From assembly GCA_050613775.1 (NCBI GenBank), contig JBODTK010000123.1, positions 186,001 through 250,000 of the forward strand: a stretch of 64,000 bases of DNA. The letters run 5' to 3'. Both the position numbers and the translations under genes were made by a program. This stretch comes from Neocallimastix sp. 'constans'. Its lineage: Eukaryota. Numbering within the stretch: position 1 is the stretch's first letter; the number at the start of each line of letters is the position of its first letter. Shown piece by piece: positions 43,076-55,506 of the stretch. The notes under the pieces are model-generated. The model was not told the origin of the DNA and ran no database searches. It saw only the letters and a list, made by a program, of their open reading frames with translations.

Positions 43076-44344
43076 ATTATTCTTATATAAGAGATTTGTT
43101 AAAGTATAAAGATACATTCCGAAATGCAATACTCCCAAATAGATAATAATATATATGGCCTTTGATTTATAAATAATAAATAATATATATTATTTTTTTT
43201 TCTATGAAAAGTAAAAATTTCAACTTTCATTACACTTTTTTTTATTCTTGGTTTTATTAATTTTCAACATTTTTTTCTTGGTTTAATTAAATACTAATTT
43301 GTCTATATTTTATTATATTTTATTATATTTTATTATATTTTATTATATTTTATTATATTTTAGTATAAAAACTTTTATATATAACTTTTGTTATTTTTTT
43401 GTATAAAAAATTTTAGCTCCCTGCAATAACTTAAAAGTTTATAAAGTATATATTATATTTTTATTTTTATCCACATCACGATTTTATAATATTAAAATAA
43501 TATTATAAATTAATATAAAATTTTAATTATTTTTAAATTAAAAAATTTTTTAAATAAAAAATAGTAATATTAATTATTAAAATTTATCAATTTTAATATT
43601 TAATTTACACATTAAAATTCATTTCTTGCTATTTTAATTTAAAAAATGTAAACCAAAGTTATAAGAATTCAGTAGAGTAATGATAATAAAAATAAATATT
43701 AAAATGCTTAACATAAAATAATAAAATAGTTAAAAATTAAAAGATGTAATATATTTCATATAGATAGTGTAACATTAAAAAATAATATGAAATATTAAGT
43801 TTGTTTTATTTGTATACCAAAATATTACATAAAATTTTGTTATATTATTATTTGTTAGAAAAATATATCATTAAAGAAATTTAAATAATAAAAAAAAAAA
43901 GAAAGAAAACGGCTTATTTTTTTTAATATACATTATTTAATAATTAATAAGGTTATTTTTATCCAATAATTATATTAAATTGACCAATTCAACAAAATAA
44001 TTAATTTAAATGAATATTTTATCTTTAATAATAAATATATTAATATCATAACTTTTTAATAAAATTTTTATTATTATATATGAATAATTTTACAAATCAA
44101 AATAAGAACATATATAAAAAAATGAAACAAAATTTCAATCATAATTATTAATTTAGATTTAGATGAAATAAAGATTCAATAATATATAGCAACAATGCAT
44201 ATAATAATAAAGTATTTCAATATTCATTAATAATTAAAAAAAAAAAGTATTTAAAGATTTAAAAATTTCCTCTTTTTTTTTTTTATCAATATAATTTTAA
44301 TATTATATTTACTGTATTATTAAAATAAAAAAAATTTTGTATTC

Positions 44345-44365
44345 AATATTCACTGGTTGAATATT
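44345..44365 (+). promoter_or_regulatory. Conserved palindrome AATATTCA-ctggt-TGAATATT upstream of GH11 copy 1, present before all seven copies
   Basis: Also at ~48146-48166, 50100-50119, 53839-53858, 55434-55454, 59153-59173 and ~60737-60757, about 50-90 bp upstream of each ATG. Function is inferred only. Confidence 0.55.
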
Positions 44366-44432
44366 TATTGAATTTATTAATTATTGATTAATTATATATT
44401 TATTTGTAAATAAAAAAATTATTTATTTTAAA

Positions 44433-45473
44433 ATGAAATTACAACAAATTATTCCTTTCGCTTTTACTTTAGCCGCTTCTTTAGTTTCTGCTCAAAGTTT
44501 CTGTTCAAGTGCTCAACACTCAGGAACAAGTGTTAAAGAAACTAGTAATAAGGTTGGTAACATTGGAGGTATTGGTTATGAATTATGGGCTGATGGTGGT
44601 AATAACAGTGCTACTTTCTATTCTGATGGTTCTTTCACTTGTTCATTCCAAGGTTCTAAGGATTATTTATGCCGTACCGGTCTTTCATTCGATAGTACTA
44701 AACCACATTCTCAAATTGGACATATGTATGCAGATTTTAAACTCATTAAACAAAACATTTCCAATGTCGATTATTCTTATGTAGGTATTTATGGTTGGAC
44801 TAGAAATCCTCTTGTTGAATTTTACATTGTTGATAATTGGCTTAGTCAATATCGTCCAGGAGATTGGGTTGGTAATAAAAAGCATGGAGATTATATGATT
44901 GATGGAGCTACTTACACAGTTTTTGAAAATGATCGTTTTGGACCATCTATTGATGGAGATACTAATTTCAAACAATATTTCAGTATTCGTCAACAAGCTC
45001 GTGATTGTGGTACTATTGATATTACAGCGCACTTTGAACAATGGGAAAAACTTGGAATGAGAATGGGTAATTTACATGAAGCTAAAGTATTAGGAGAAGC
45101 CGGTAGTAATGGAGCAGGTACTAGTGGTACAGCGGATTTCCCATATGCTAAAGTTTACATTGGACAAGGAAATGGAGGAGCAGGTAATGCAGCCGCCGCA
45201 CCAGCACCAGCACCAGCTACTAATAATAATGGTGGTAACAATGGTGGTAATAATGGAGATTGGAACAACTGGAACAATAATAACAACAACAATAATGGAT
45301 GGAATAATAATAATAACAATAATGGATGGAACAATTGGAATAATAACAACAATAACGGATGGAACAATTGGAATAATAATAACAATAATGGATGGAATAA
45401 TTGGGGAAACAACAACAACAATGGATGGAATAACTGGAATAACAATAACAATGGATGGCACAACTGGTACTAA
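44433..45473 (+). CDS. Secreted GH11 endo-1,4-beta-xylanase, copy 1 (346 aa)
   Basis: Signal peptide, GH11 motifs YGWTRNPLVEFYIVD, PSIDGDTNFKQYFSIRQ and HFEQWEKLGM, second catalytic Glu in KVLGEAG, an AP linker and an N/G/W tail. Intronless. Confidence 0.97.
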   Translation: MKLQQIIPFAFTLAASLVSAQSFCSSAQHSGTSVKETSNKVGNIGGIGYELWADGGNNSATFYSDGSFTCSFQGSKDYLCRTGLSFDSTKPHSQIGHMYADFKLIKQNISNVDYSYVGIYGWTRNPLVEFYIVDNWLSQYRPGDWVGNKKHGDYMIDGATYTVFENDRFGPSIDGDTNFKQYFSIRQQARDCGTIDITAHFEQWEKLGMRMGNLHEAKVLGEAGSNGAGTSGTADFPYAKVYIGQGNGGAGNAAAAPAPAPATNNNGGNNGGNNGDWNNWNNNNNNNNGWNNNNNNNGWNNWNNNNNNGWNNWNNNNNNGWNNWGNNNNNGWNNWNNNNNGWHNWY

Positions 45474-47061
45474 GAACATTAAAAAAAGTTCTTAATTAAA
45501 TTCAATCATTTTTCTTATTTAAAATTTTTTAAAATGAATATTATCATTTAGTAGATACATAAACATAAATAAAAACTGAATAATTTATAAATTGTTTAAA
45601 TAATAAAATGTTTTATAAAATATATGTAATATATATATGAATTAAAAAAATATAAATTAAAAATATTAATTGTATTTAAATATATAAAAATTAATAAATA
45701 AAGATATGTATTATTTGTAATAAAAATCACATATTTGAAGTTAATAACTACTGTTTAATTTCTACTGTAATAAAAATTATTTATTAAACACTTATATATA
45801 TTATTTTATAAATCTATAATTTTTTTATATTTTATTAATTATTCTAAACTTAAATTTTTGTTATAAAAAAATATAAATAATTATCGGATGTTTAAATTTT
45901 TATTACCATTACATAAATTTTATTATAAAAGTTTTTTTTTTAAAAAAATTATCGAAAAAGCTTTTAACATTTAATAGTTAAATATTTTTATATAATTATT
46001 TATATTTTTCAGGTATTTAAATTTCAATTACAAAGTTTTATTTCATTATTTTTATTAAATTTAAATAATTATATATTTCAAAATAATGTTAATAAAATTA
46101 AATAATTAATTAAAATAGAAATTATAAAAAACTGATTTTTTATAATAATTTATAATATTCAATAACAATTATTTATTTAAAAATTTATTAAAATTTGTGG
46201 TATTACTTTTTTTTTAAAATATTTATATTTTAAAAAACATTTCTTCTCTTCAATATTAATTCATTTATAGCTCTCTTTTAAAGTTTTGTTTATAAATTAT
46301 TTTTGAATCTTAAATTATTATATAAATTTTGTTATTTAAAAAATTAAGAAAGATAAGAATAAAAATATATTAAAATAATATAAAATAAAATCTATTTTAA
46401 TTTATAATTGTTCCATTTAGTATTAATTAGAAATATAATAACTTATTTTATTGATTTTTTATATTAAAAAAGAAATAATAATAATATTCAACATTTAGTA
46501 CAGAATATATTTATTAAAATATATAAGAATATTATAAAATTATTAAAATGGCAAAATAAGCAATTTCATTAAATAATATAAATAAAATTTTAGTGATTTT
46601 TTATTTTAAAATAATAATAATAATAATAATAATAATTATTATAATAATAATTATAATAATAATTATAATAATAATTATAATAATAATTATAATAATAATT
46701 ATAATAATAATTATAATAATAATTATAATAATAATAATAATACTCAACATTTAATACAGAATATATTTATTAAATTATATATATACTATAAAATTATTAA
46801 ATTGGCAAAATAAGCAATTTCATTACATAAAATAAATAAAATTTTTAATTAATAATATTTTTTAAATATTTATTAATATAATAATTTACATTATTTTTTA
46901 TTAATTGTTAATTATAATACATATATTCTATAAAACATTTTATTAATTAAAAATTCAAAAATTACACAGTTTTTGTTTATTTTTAAATATATAATTCATT
47001 TTAATAAATATCACAAATAAAGAAAAATGTTTGAATTAATTATGAACTTTTTTTAATGTTC

Positions 47062-48078
47062 TTAGTACCAGTTGTGCCATCCATTGTTGTTGTTATTCCA
47101 GTTATTCCATCCATTGTTGTTGTTGTTTCCCCAATTATTCCAATTATTCCATCCGTTATTGTTGTTATTATTCCAATTGTTCCATCCATTATTATTATTA
47201 TTATTATTCCATCCATTATTGTTGTTGTTATTATTGTTCCAGTTGTTCCAATCTCCATTATTACCACCATTATTACCACCATTATTATTAGTAGCTGGTG
47301 CTGGTGCTGGTGCGGCGGCTGCATTACCTGCTCCTCCATTTCCTTGTCCAATGTAAACTTTAGCATATGGGAAATCCGCTGTACCACTAGTACCTGCTCC
47401 ATTACTACCGGCTTCTCCTAATACTTTAGCTTCATGTAAATTACCCATTCTCATTCCAAGTTTTTCCCATTGTTCAAAGTGCGCTGTAATATCAATAGTA
47501 CCACAATCACGAGCTTGTTGACGAATACTGAAATATTGTTTGAAATTAGTATCTCCATCAATAGATGGTCCAAAACGATCATTTTCAAAAACTGTGTAAG
47601 TAGCTCCATCAATCATATAATCTCCATGCTTTTTATTACCAACCCAATCTCCTGGACGATATTGACTAAGCCAATTATCAACAATGTAAAATTCAACAAG
47701 AGGATTTCTAGTCCAACCATAAATACCTACATAAGAATAATCGACATTGGAAATGTTTTGTTTAATGAGTTTAAAATCTGCATACATATGTCCAATTTGA
47801 GAATGTGGTTTAGTACTATCGAATGAAAGACCGGTACGACATAAATAATCCTTAGAACCTTGGAATGAACAAGTGAAAGAACCATCAGAATAGAAAGTAG
47901 CACTGTTATTACCACCATCAGCCCATAATTCATAACCAATACCTCCAATGTTACCAACCTTATTACTAGTTTCTTTAACACTTGTTCCTGAGTGTTGAGC
48001 ACTTGAACAGAAACTTTGAGCAGAAACCAAAGAAGCGACTAAAGAAAAAGCGAAAGGAATAATTTGTTGTAATTTCAT
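47062..48078 (-). CDS. GH11 xylanase, copy 2 (338 aa)
   Basis: Mature catalytic domain identical to copy 1; shorter tail. Confidence 0.97.
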   Translation of the reverse strand: MKLQQIIPFAFSLVASLVSAQSFCSSAQHSGTSVKETSNKVGNIGGIGYELWADGGNNSATFYSDGSFTCSFQGSKDYLCRTGLSFDSTKPHSQIGHMYADFKLIKQNISNVDYSYVGIYGWTRNPLVEFYIVDNWLSQYRPGDWVGNKKHGDYMIDGATYTVFENDRFGPSIDGDTNFKQYFSIRQQARDCGTIDITAHFEQWEKLGMRMGNLHEAKVLGEAGSNGAGTSGTADFPYAKVYIGQGNGGAGNAAAAPAPAPATNNNGGNNGGNNGDWNNWNNNNNNNNGWNNNNNNNGWNNWNNNNNNGWNNWNNWGNNNNNGWNNWNNNNNGWHNWY

Positions 48079-48593
48079 TTTAAAATAAATAATTTTTTTA
48101 TTTACAAATAAATATATAATTAATCAATAATTAATAAATTCAATAAATATTCAACCAGTGAATATTAAATATATAATTTTTATTATTTTAATAATACAAT
48201 AAATATAATATTAAATTAAATTATATTTTTAAATTAGGAAAAAAGAAGAGAATTTCTAATCTTTAAATATTTTTTTCGTATTAATCATAAAAAATATTAA
48301 GATATTATATTACTTAATATTTTTAATTTTTATGAATACTATTATCATTTTTTTTATTTGTTTCTCTTTTAATATTACATTTTAAATTGTGCCACATTTT
48401 CATATAGTAATTATAACAATAATATGAATTATTCAATAATTTTTAAAAATTTTTTTTAAATAAATTTGGTCAATTTAATATAATTTTTGGATAAAAACTA
48501 ACCTTATTTTTATAAAATTTTATATTAAAATATTTTGCCGTTATGAATGTAGTTTTAATTTTATATAAAATTTTAATATATAATGATTAATAA

Positions 48594-48659
<66 letters not shown>

Positions 48660-50186
48660 TTATATTTAAAATGTATAAGAAAAGAAAAAAAAAATGACAG
48701 ATTTATTTAGATACATTAATAGGTTATTGAATATCATATAAATCTCGGCAAAACATTAAAAACAAATAATTTCATTGGTTTTAGAAATATGTAAAAAAAA
48801 ATAATGCTAGTTTTTCAGTAATATCATAGTCTCAATATATATGATTATGATTATTAAAGTCACTATAAATACTCGTTTTCAATTAATTTATAATACAAGT
48901 TTATAAATATTTAAAAAAGAAATAATTCTTTAAAATCTCAATTTTTTTATTATTTATTAATTTCTTTACTTATATTTTAGTTAACTAATAACACATTTAA
49001 TTTAAATTGTTTTTATATACATTTTTGTATAATTCTTTTTCTCTTTCACATTTATGATATTTAATTGTATAAATTATTAAATATTATTCTTTGTTTATTT
49101 AATAATAAAAAATGAAAGTAAATTTTAATTTAAAGTATGAAATTAAAATTAACTATTATACCATTAATATTATTTAAATAAAACAAAATTTTCAGTAATT
49201 TTTCTTTAATTTTATTATGATAAATTGATAAATACTCTTGTATATAATTATTTAAATTTTGTTTTAAAAAAAAAAATTAATAGTATCATTTTTAAAAAGA
49301 AATATATAATAAAATCTTAAAATTTAAAAAATTTCTTTGCTGAGTTATATTTTTTTAAAAGGAATTTTACATTTAATACTATTATATATTTTCTATTTAA
49401 TGAATTTCCATAATAATTTTAATATTTAATGCATATTAAGGTGATTTTCATTTCTTTATTATCAACACATCAAAATGTATTTAGTTAATTTTTTTCTTTT
49501 TTTAACTATTTCTTAAAAATTATTATTAATAATATTTAATTTTTAATTTTTTTTTTTTTAAAAAAATAAATTTTTAATATAAAAATAAATAATAATTTTT
49601 ATAAATATAATTACATAAATTTTAATTACTATGTAATTTAATAAATATATAACAACATAAAAAAAAAAGTTTATTTTTGTTATAATTCATTTAATAATCA
49701 ATAAATTAATTTTTAATCCAATAATTTTTAAGTTTCCCAAATTAATTTATTTAAAAAATTTGATTTTAATATAAATATATTAAAGTTTCATTTTTTTTTA
49801 TTATTGTAATAAATATAAAAGATAGTAAAGAAAAAAGCATATATATAAAAATGAAACAAAATCATAACCATAATTAATATATTAAAAGTTTTAAGTCTTA
49901 TTATTTAATATATCTAAAATAATTTAATAAAAATATATTTAATAATATCCATAAATAAATACCACGATGTTTTCTTTATTTATATTAAGAAAAAAAATGA
50001 AATATTTAAAGATTTGAAATTTCCTTTTTTTTTTTTTTTATCAATATAAATTTAATATTATATTTATTGTATTATTAAAATAAAAAAAATTTTGTATTAA
50101 ATATTCACTGGTTGAATATATATTGAATTTATTAATTATTGATTAATTAAATATTTCTTTGTAAATAAAAAAATTATTTATTTAAA

Positions 50187-51203
50187 ATGAAATTACAACA
50201 AATTATTCCTTTCGCTTTTTCTTTAGCCGCTTCTTTAGTTTCTGCTCAAAGTTTCTGTTCAAGTGCTCAACACTCAGGAACAAGTGTTAAAGAAACTAGT
50301 AATAAGGTTGGTAACATTGGAGGTATTGGTTATGAATTATGGGCTGATGGTGGTAATAACAGTGCTACTTTCTATTCTGATGGTTCTTTCACTTGTTCAT
50401 TCCAAGGTTCTAAGGATTATTTATGCCGTACCGGTCTTTCATTCGATAGTACTAAACCACATTCTCAAATTGGACATATGTATGCAGATTTTAAACTCAT
50501 TAAACAAAACATTTCCAATGTCGATTATTCTTATGTAGGTATTTATGGTTGGACTAGAAATCCTCTTGTTGAATTTTACATTGTTGATAATTGGCTTAGT
50601 CAATATCGTCCAGGAGATTGGGTTGGTAATAAAAAGCATGGAGATTATATGATTGATGGAGCTACTTACACAGTTTTTGAAAATGATCGTTTTGGACCAT
50701 CTATTGATGGAGATACTAATTTCAAACAATATTTCAGTATTCGTCAACAAGCTCGTGATTGTGGTACTATTGATATTACAGCGCACTTTGAACAATGGGA
50801 AAAACTTGGAATGAGAATGGGTAATTTACATGAAGCTAAAGTATTAGGAGAAGCCGGTAGTAATGGAGCAGGTACTAGTGGTACAGCGGATTTCCCATAT
50901 GCTAAAGTTTACATTGGACAAGGAAATGGAGGAGCAGGTAATGCAGCCGCCGCACCAGCACCAGCACCAGCTACTAATAATAATGGTGGTAACAATGGTG
51001 GTAATAATGGAGATTGGAACAACTGGAACAATAATAACAACAACAATAATGGATGGAATAATAATAATAATAATAATGGATGGAACAATTGGAATAATAA
51101 CAACAATAACGGATGGAACAATTGGAATAATTGGGGAAACAACAACAACAATGGATGGAATAACTGGAATAACAACAATAATGGATGGCACAACTGGTAC
51201 TAA
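50187..51203 (+). CDS. GH11 xylanase, copy 3 (338 aa)
   Basis: As copy 1, with the same tail as copy 2. Confidence 0.97.
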   Translation: MKLQQIIPFAFSLAASLVSAQSFCSSAQHSGTSVKETSNKVGNIGGIGYELWADGGNNSATFYSDGSFTCSFQGSKDYLCRTGLSFDSTKPHSQIGHMYADFKLIKQNISNVDYSYVGIYGWTRNPLVEFYIVDNWLSQYRPGDWVGNKKHGDYMIDGATYTVFENDRFGPSIDGDTNFKQYFSIRQQARDCGTIDITAHFEQWEKLGMRMGNLHEAKVLGEAGSNGAGTSGTADFPYAKVYIGQGNGGAGNAAAAPAPAPATNNNGGNNGGNNGDWNNWNNNNNNNNGWNNNNNNNGWNNWNNNNNNGWNNWNNWGNNNNNGWNNWNNNNNGWHNWY

Positions 51204-52745
51204 GAACATTAATAAAAGTTCATAATTAATTCAAACATTTTTCTTTATTTGTGATATTTATTAAAATGAATTATATATTTAAAAATAAACAAAAACTGTG
51301 TAATTTTTGAATTTTTAATTAATAAAATGTTTTATAGAATATATGTAATATAATTAACAATTAATAAAAAATAATGTAAATTATTATATTAATAAATATT
51401 TAAAAAATATTATAATTAAAAATTTTATTTATTTTATGTAATGAAATTGCTTATTTTGCCAATTTAATAATTTTATAGTATATATATAATTTAATAAATA
51501 TATTCTGTATTAAATGTTGAGTATTATTATTATTATTATTATAATTATTATTATAATTATTATTATAATTATTATTATAATAATTATTATTATTATTATT
51601 ATTATTATTTTAAAATAAAAAATCACTAAAATTTTATTTTTATTATTTAATGAAATTGCTTATTTTGCCATTTTAATAATTTTATAATATTCTTATATAT
51701 TTTAATAAATATATTCTGTACTAAATGTTGAATATTATTATTATTTCTTTTTTAATATAAAAAATCAATAAAATAAGTTATTATATTTCTAATTAATACT
51801 AAATGGAACAATTATAAATTAAAATAGATTTTATTTTATATTATTTTAATATATTTTTATTCTTCTCTTTCTTAATTTTTTAAATAACAAAATTTATATA
51901 ATAATTTAAGATTCAAAAATAATTTATATACAAAACTTTAAAAGAGAGCTATAAATGAATTAATATTGAAGAGAAGAAATGTTTTTTAAAATATAAATAT
52001 TTTAAAAAAAAAGTAATACCACAAATTTTAATAAATTTTTAAATAAATAATTGTTATTGAATATTATAAATTATTATAAAAAATCAGTTTTTTATAATTT
52101 TTATTTTAATTAATTATTTATATTTTTCAGATATTTAAATTTCAATTACAAAGTTTTATTTCATTATTTTTATTAAATTTAAATAATTATATATTTCAAA
52201 ATAATGTTAATAAAATTAAATAACTATATAAAAATATTTAACTATTAAATGTTAAAAGCTTTTTCGATAATTTTTTTTAAAAAAAAACTTTTATAATAAA
52301 ATTTATGTAATGGTAATAAAAATTTAAACATCCGATAATTATTTATATTTTTTTATAACAAAAATTTAAGTTTAGAATAATTAATAAAATATAAAAAAAT
52401 TATAGATTTATAAAATAATATATATAAGTGTTTAATAAATAATTTTTATTACAGTAGAAATTAAACAGTAGTTATTAACTTCAAATATGTGATTTTTATT
52501 ACAAATAATACATATCTTTATTTATTAATTTTTATATATTTAAATACAATTAATATTTTTAATTTATATTTTTTTAATTCATATATATATTACATATATT
52601 TTATAAAACATTTTATTATTTAAACAATTTATAAATTATTCAGTTTTTATTTATGTTTATGTATCTACTAAATGATAATATTCATTTTAAAAAATTTTAA
52701 ATAAGAAAAATGATTGAATTTAATTAAGAACTTTTTTTAATGTTC

Positions 52746-53786
52746 TTAGTACCAGTTGTGCCATCCATTGTTATTGTTATTCCAGTTATTCCATCCATTG
52801 TTGTTGTTGTTTCCCCAATTATTCCATCCATTATTGTTATTATTATTCCAATTGTTCCATCCGTTATTGTTGTTATTATTCCAATTGTTCCATCCATTAT
52901 TATTATTATTATTATTCCATCCATTATTGTTGTTGTTATTATTGTTCCAGTTGTTCCAATCTCCATTATTACCACCATTGTTACCACCATTATTATTAGT
53001 AGCTGGTGCTGGTGCTGGTGCGGCGGCTGCATTACCTGCTCCTCCATTTCCTTGTCCAATGTAAACTTTAGCATATGGGAAATCCGCTGTACCACTAGTA
53101 CCTGCTCCATTACTACCGGCTTCTCCTAATACTTTAGCTTCATGTAAATTACCCATTCTCATTCCAAGTTTTTCCCATTGTTCAAAGTGCGCTGTAATAT
53201 CAATAGTACCACAATCACGAGCTTGTTGACGAATACTGAAATATTGTTTGAAATTAGTATCTCCATCAATAGATGGTCCAAAACGATCATTTTCAAAAAC
53301 TGTGTAAGTAGCTCCATCAATCATATAATCTCCATGCTTTTTATTACCAACCCAATCTCCTGGACGATATTGACTAAGCCAATTATCAACAATGTAAAAT
53401 TCAACAAGAGGATTTCTAGTCCAACCATAAATACCTACATAAGAATAATCGACATTGGAAATGTTTTGTTTAATGAGTTTAAAATCTGCATACATATGTC
53501 CAATTTGAGAATGTGGTTTAGTACTATCGAATGAAAGACCGGTACGGCATAAATAATCCTTAGAACCTTGGAATGAACAAGTGAAAGAACCATCAGAATA
53601 GAAAGTAGCACTGTTATTACCACCATCAGCCCATAATTCATAACCAATACCTCCAATGTTACCAACCTTATTACTAGTTTCTTTAACACTTGTTCCTGAG
53701 TGTTGAGCACTTGAACAGAAACTTTGAGCAGAAACTAAAGAAGCGGCTAAAGAAAAAGCGAAAGGAATAATTTGTTGTAATTTCAT
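52746..53786 (-). CDS. GH11 xylanase, copy 4 (346 aa)
   Basis: As copy 1, with the same tail as copy 1. Confidence 0.97.
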   Translation of the reverse strand: MKLQQIIPFAFSLAASLVSAQSFCSSAQHSGTSVKETSNKVGNIGGIGYELWADGGNNSATFYSDGSFTCSFQGSKDYLCRTGLSFDSTKPHSQIGHMYADFKLIKQNISNVDYSYVGIYGWTRNPLVEFYIVDNWLSQYRPGDWVGNKKHGDYMIDGATYTVFENDRFGPSIDGDTNFKQYFSIRQQARDCGTIDITAHFEQWEKLGMRMGNLHEAKVLGEAGSNGAGTSGTADFPYAKVYIGQGNGGAGNAAAAPAPAPATNNNGGNNGGNNGDWNNWNNNNNNNNGWNNNNNNNGWNNWNNNNNNGWNNWNNNNNNGWNNWGNNNNNGWNNWNNNNNGWHNWY

Positions 53787-55506
53787 TTTAAATAAATAAT
53801 TTTTTAATTTACAAAGAAATATTTAATAAATTCAATATATATTCAACCAGTGAATATTTAATACAAAATTTTTTTTATTTTAATAATAAAATAAATATAA
53901 TATTAAATTTAATTATATTTTTAAACTAGAAAAAAAGAAGAGAATTTCTATTCTTTAAATATTTTTTAATTTCAATATTTTATTAATATATTAATAAATT
54001 TTGATCTTAAGCTTTTATAATACTAAGTATATTATTTAATAATTTAATAATTTAATAATAGTTATTATGAAGATATTAAAATTAATAAAATTATACTTTG
54101 ATTATATAAAATTTAATTAATTTAAAACTTTTAATTTAATAATAATAGTTTTGTTTTGTTTCATTTTTTATCATATATTTCGAACTGTAGGATTTTCATA
54201 TAAAATATGAAGAATTAGAAAAGTATTATGATATTAATAAAATAGTAAAAGATAAATTTAAAATATTAATTTTTATGATATTAAATTTGTCATTTAATAT
54301 AATAATTGAATAAAAAATAGCTTTTTTATTAAACATATTAGTTTTAATTTTCATTTTTATTCAATATTAATAAATTAATTTTTAATATAATTCTATTATA
54401 TATTTATCATATATTTATTGTATATAATATGATTTATATATATTTACTAAATAATAAAATTTTGATGTTTACTTTTTAGTCTAAAATGTCAAAACTCAGA
54501 ATTTTATTCAAAATTGTTTCAAAATTATTTCAAAATTATTTCAAAATTATTTAAAAATGTTTTTAACCACATTAATTATCAATAAAATTCAAAAATTATT
54601 TTTATTACTATTTTTTTTTTAAATAAAAAAAATTAATAACTAACTAAAAAAGTATTTTTTGATTATTATTATTATAAATATTAAATATAATACTAATAAA
54701 TTTTCATTATTATTTAAATTACATTTTAACAAAAATTTAATAACTTTTTAGTTTTTGTATATATTTATATATAAATATACCTTATTAACCAATGAATATA
54801 AATATGTATTTTTTTTTCTTTATTTTACATTATTTTAATTTAGTATTTTTTTTAATTCAAATTTAATATAATAATATAGTATAAATTAATACCCACGTTT
54901 CAATGTTTCGTCTAACTTTAATATAATTTATGAGATATAAAAATTTTAATTAATAAAAACGGCATATTCAATTAATATGCAATTTAATAATCAATAAAAT
55001 TACTTTTTATCCAATAATTAAATTAAATTTACCAAATTAATATATTATAAATTAAAGATTTTAAGTTTTATTCATTATTATTATATTAATATCATAATAT
55101 TATATTAAAGTTTTTTCATTTTTAGATCAAATTATAATAGTAAAAGATAAACGAATATAATAGAAGAAATAATTATTAATAAATTAAAAGTTTTAAATCT
55201 ATTTAGTCATAATAAATAAAAGTTTTTAAAGATATTTAATATAAATATATGTATCTACATTATTTAATAATGTTATTTATGTCACTATAAATTAAAATTA
55301 ATATTATTATATTTTTATTACATAAAAAAAATTAAGTATTTAAAGATTTAAAATTTCTAAATTTTTTTAATTCAATAATATAATTTTAATATTATATTTA
55401 ATTTATAATTGGAATAATAAAAATTATATATTTAATATTCACTGGTTGAATATTTATTGAATTTATTAAATATTTCTTTGTAAATAAAAAATTTATTTAT
55501 TTTAAA

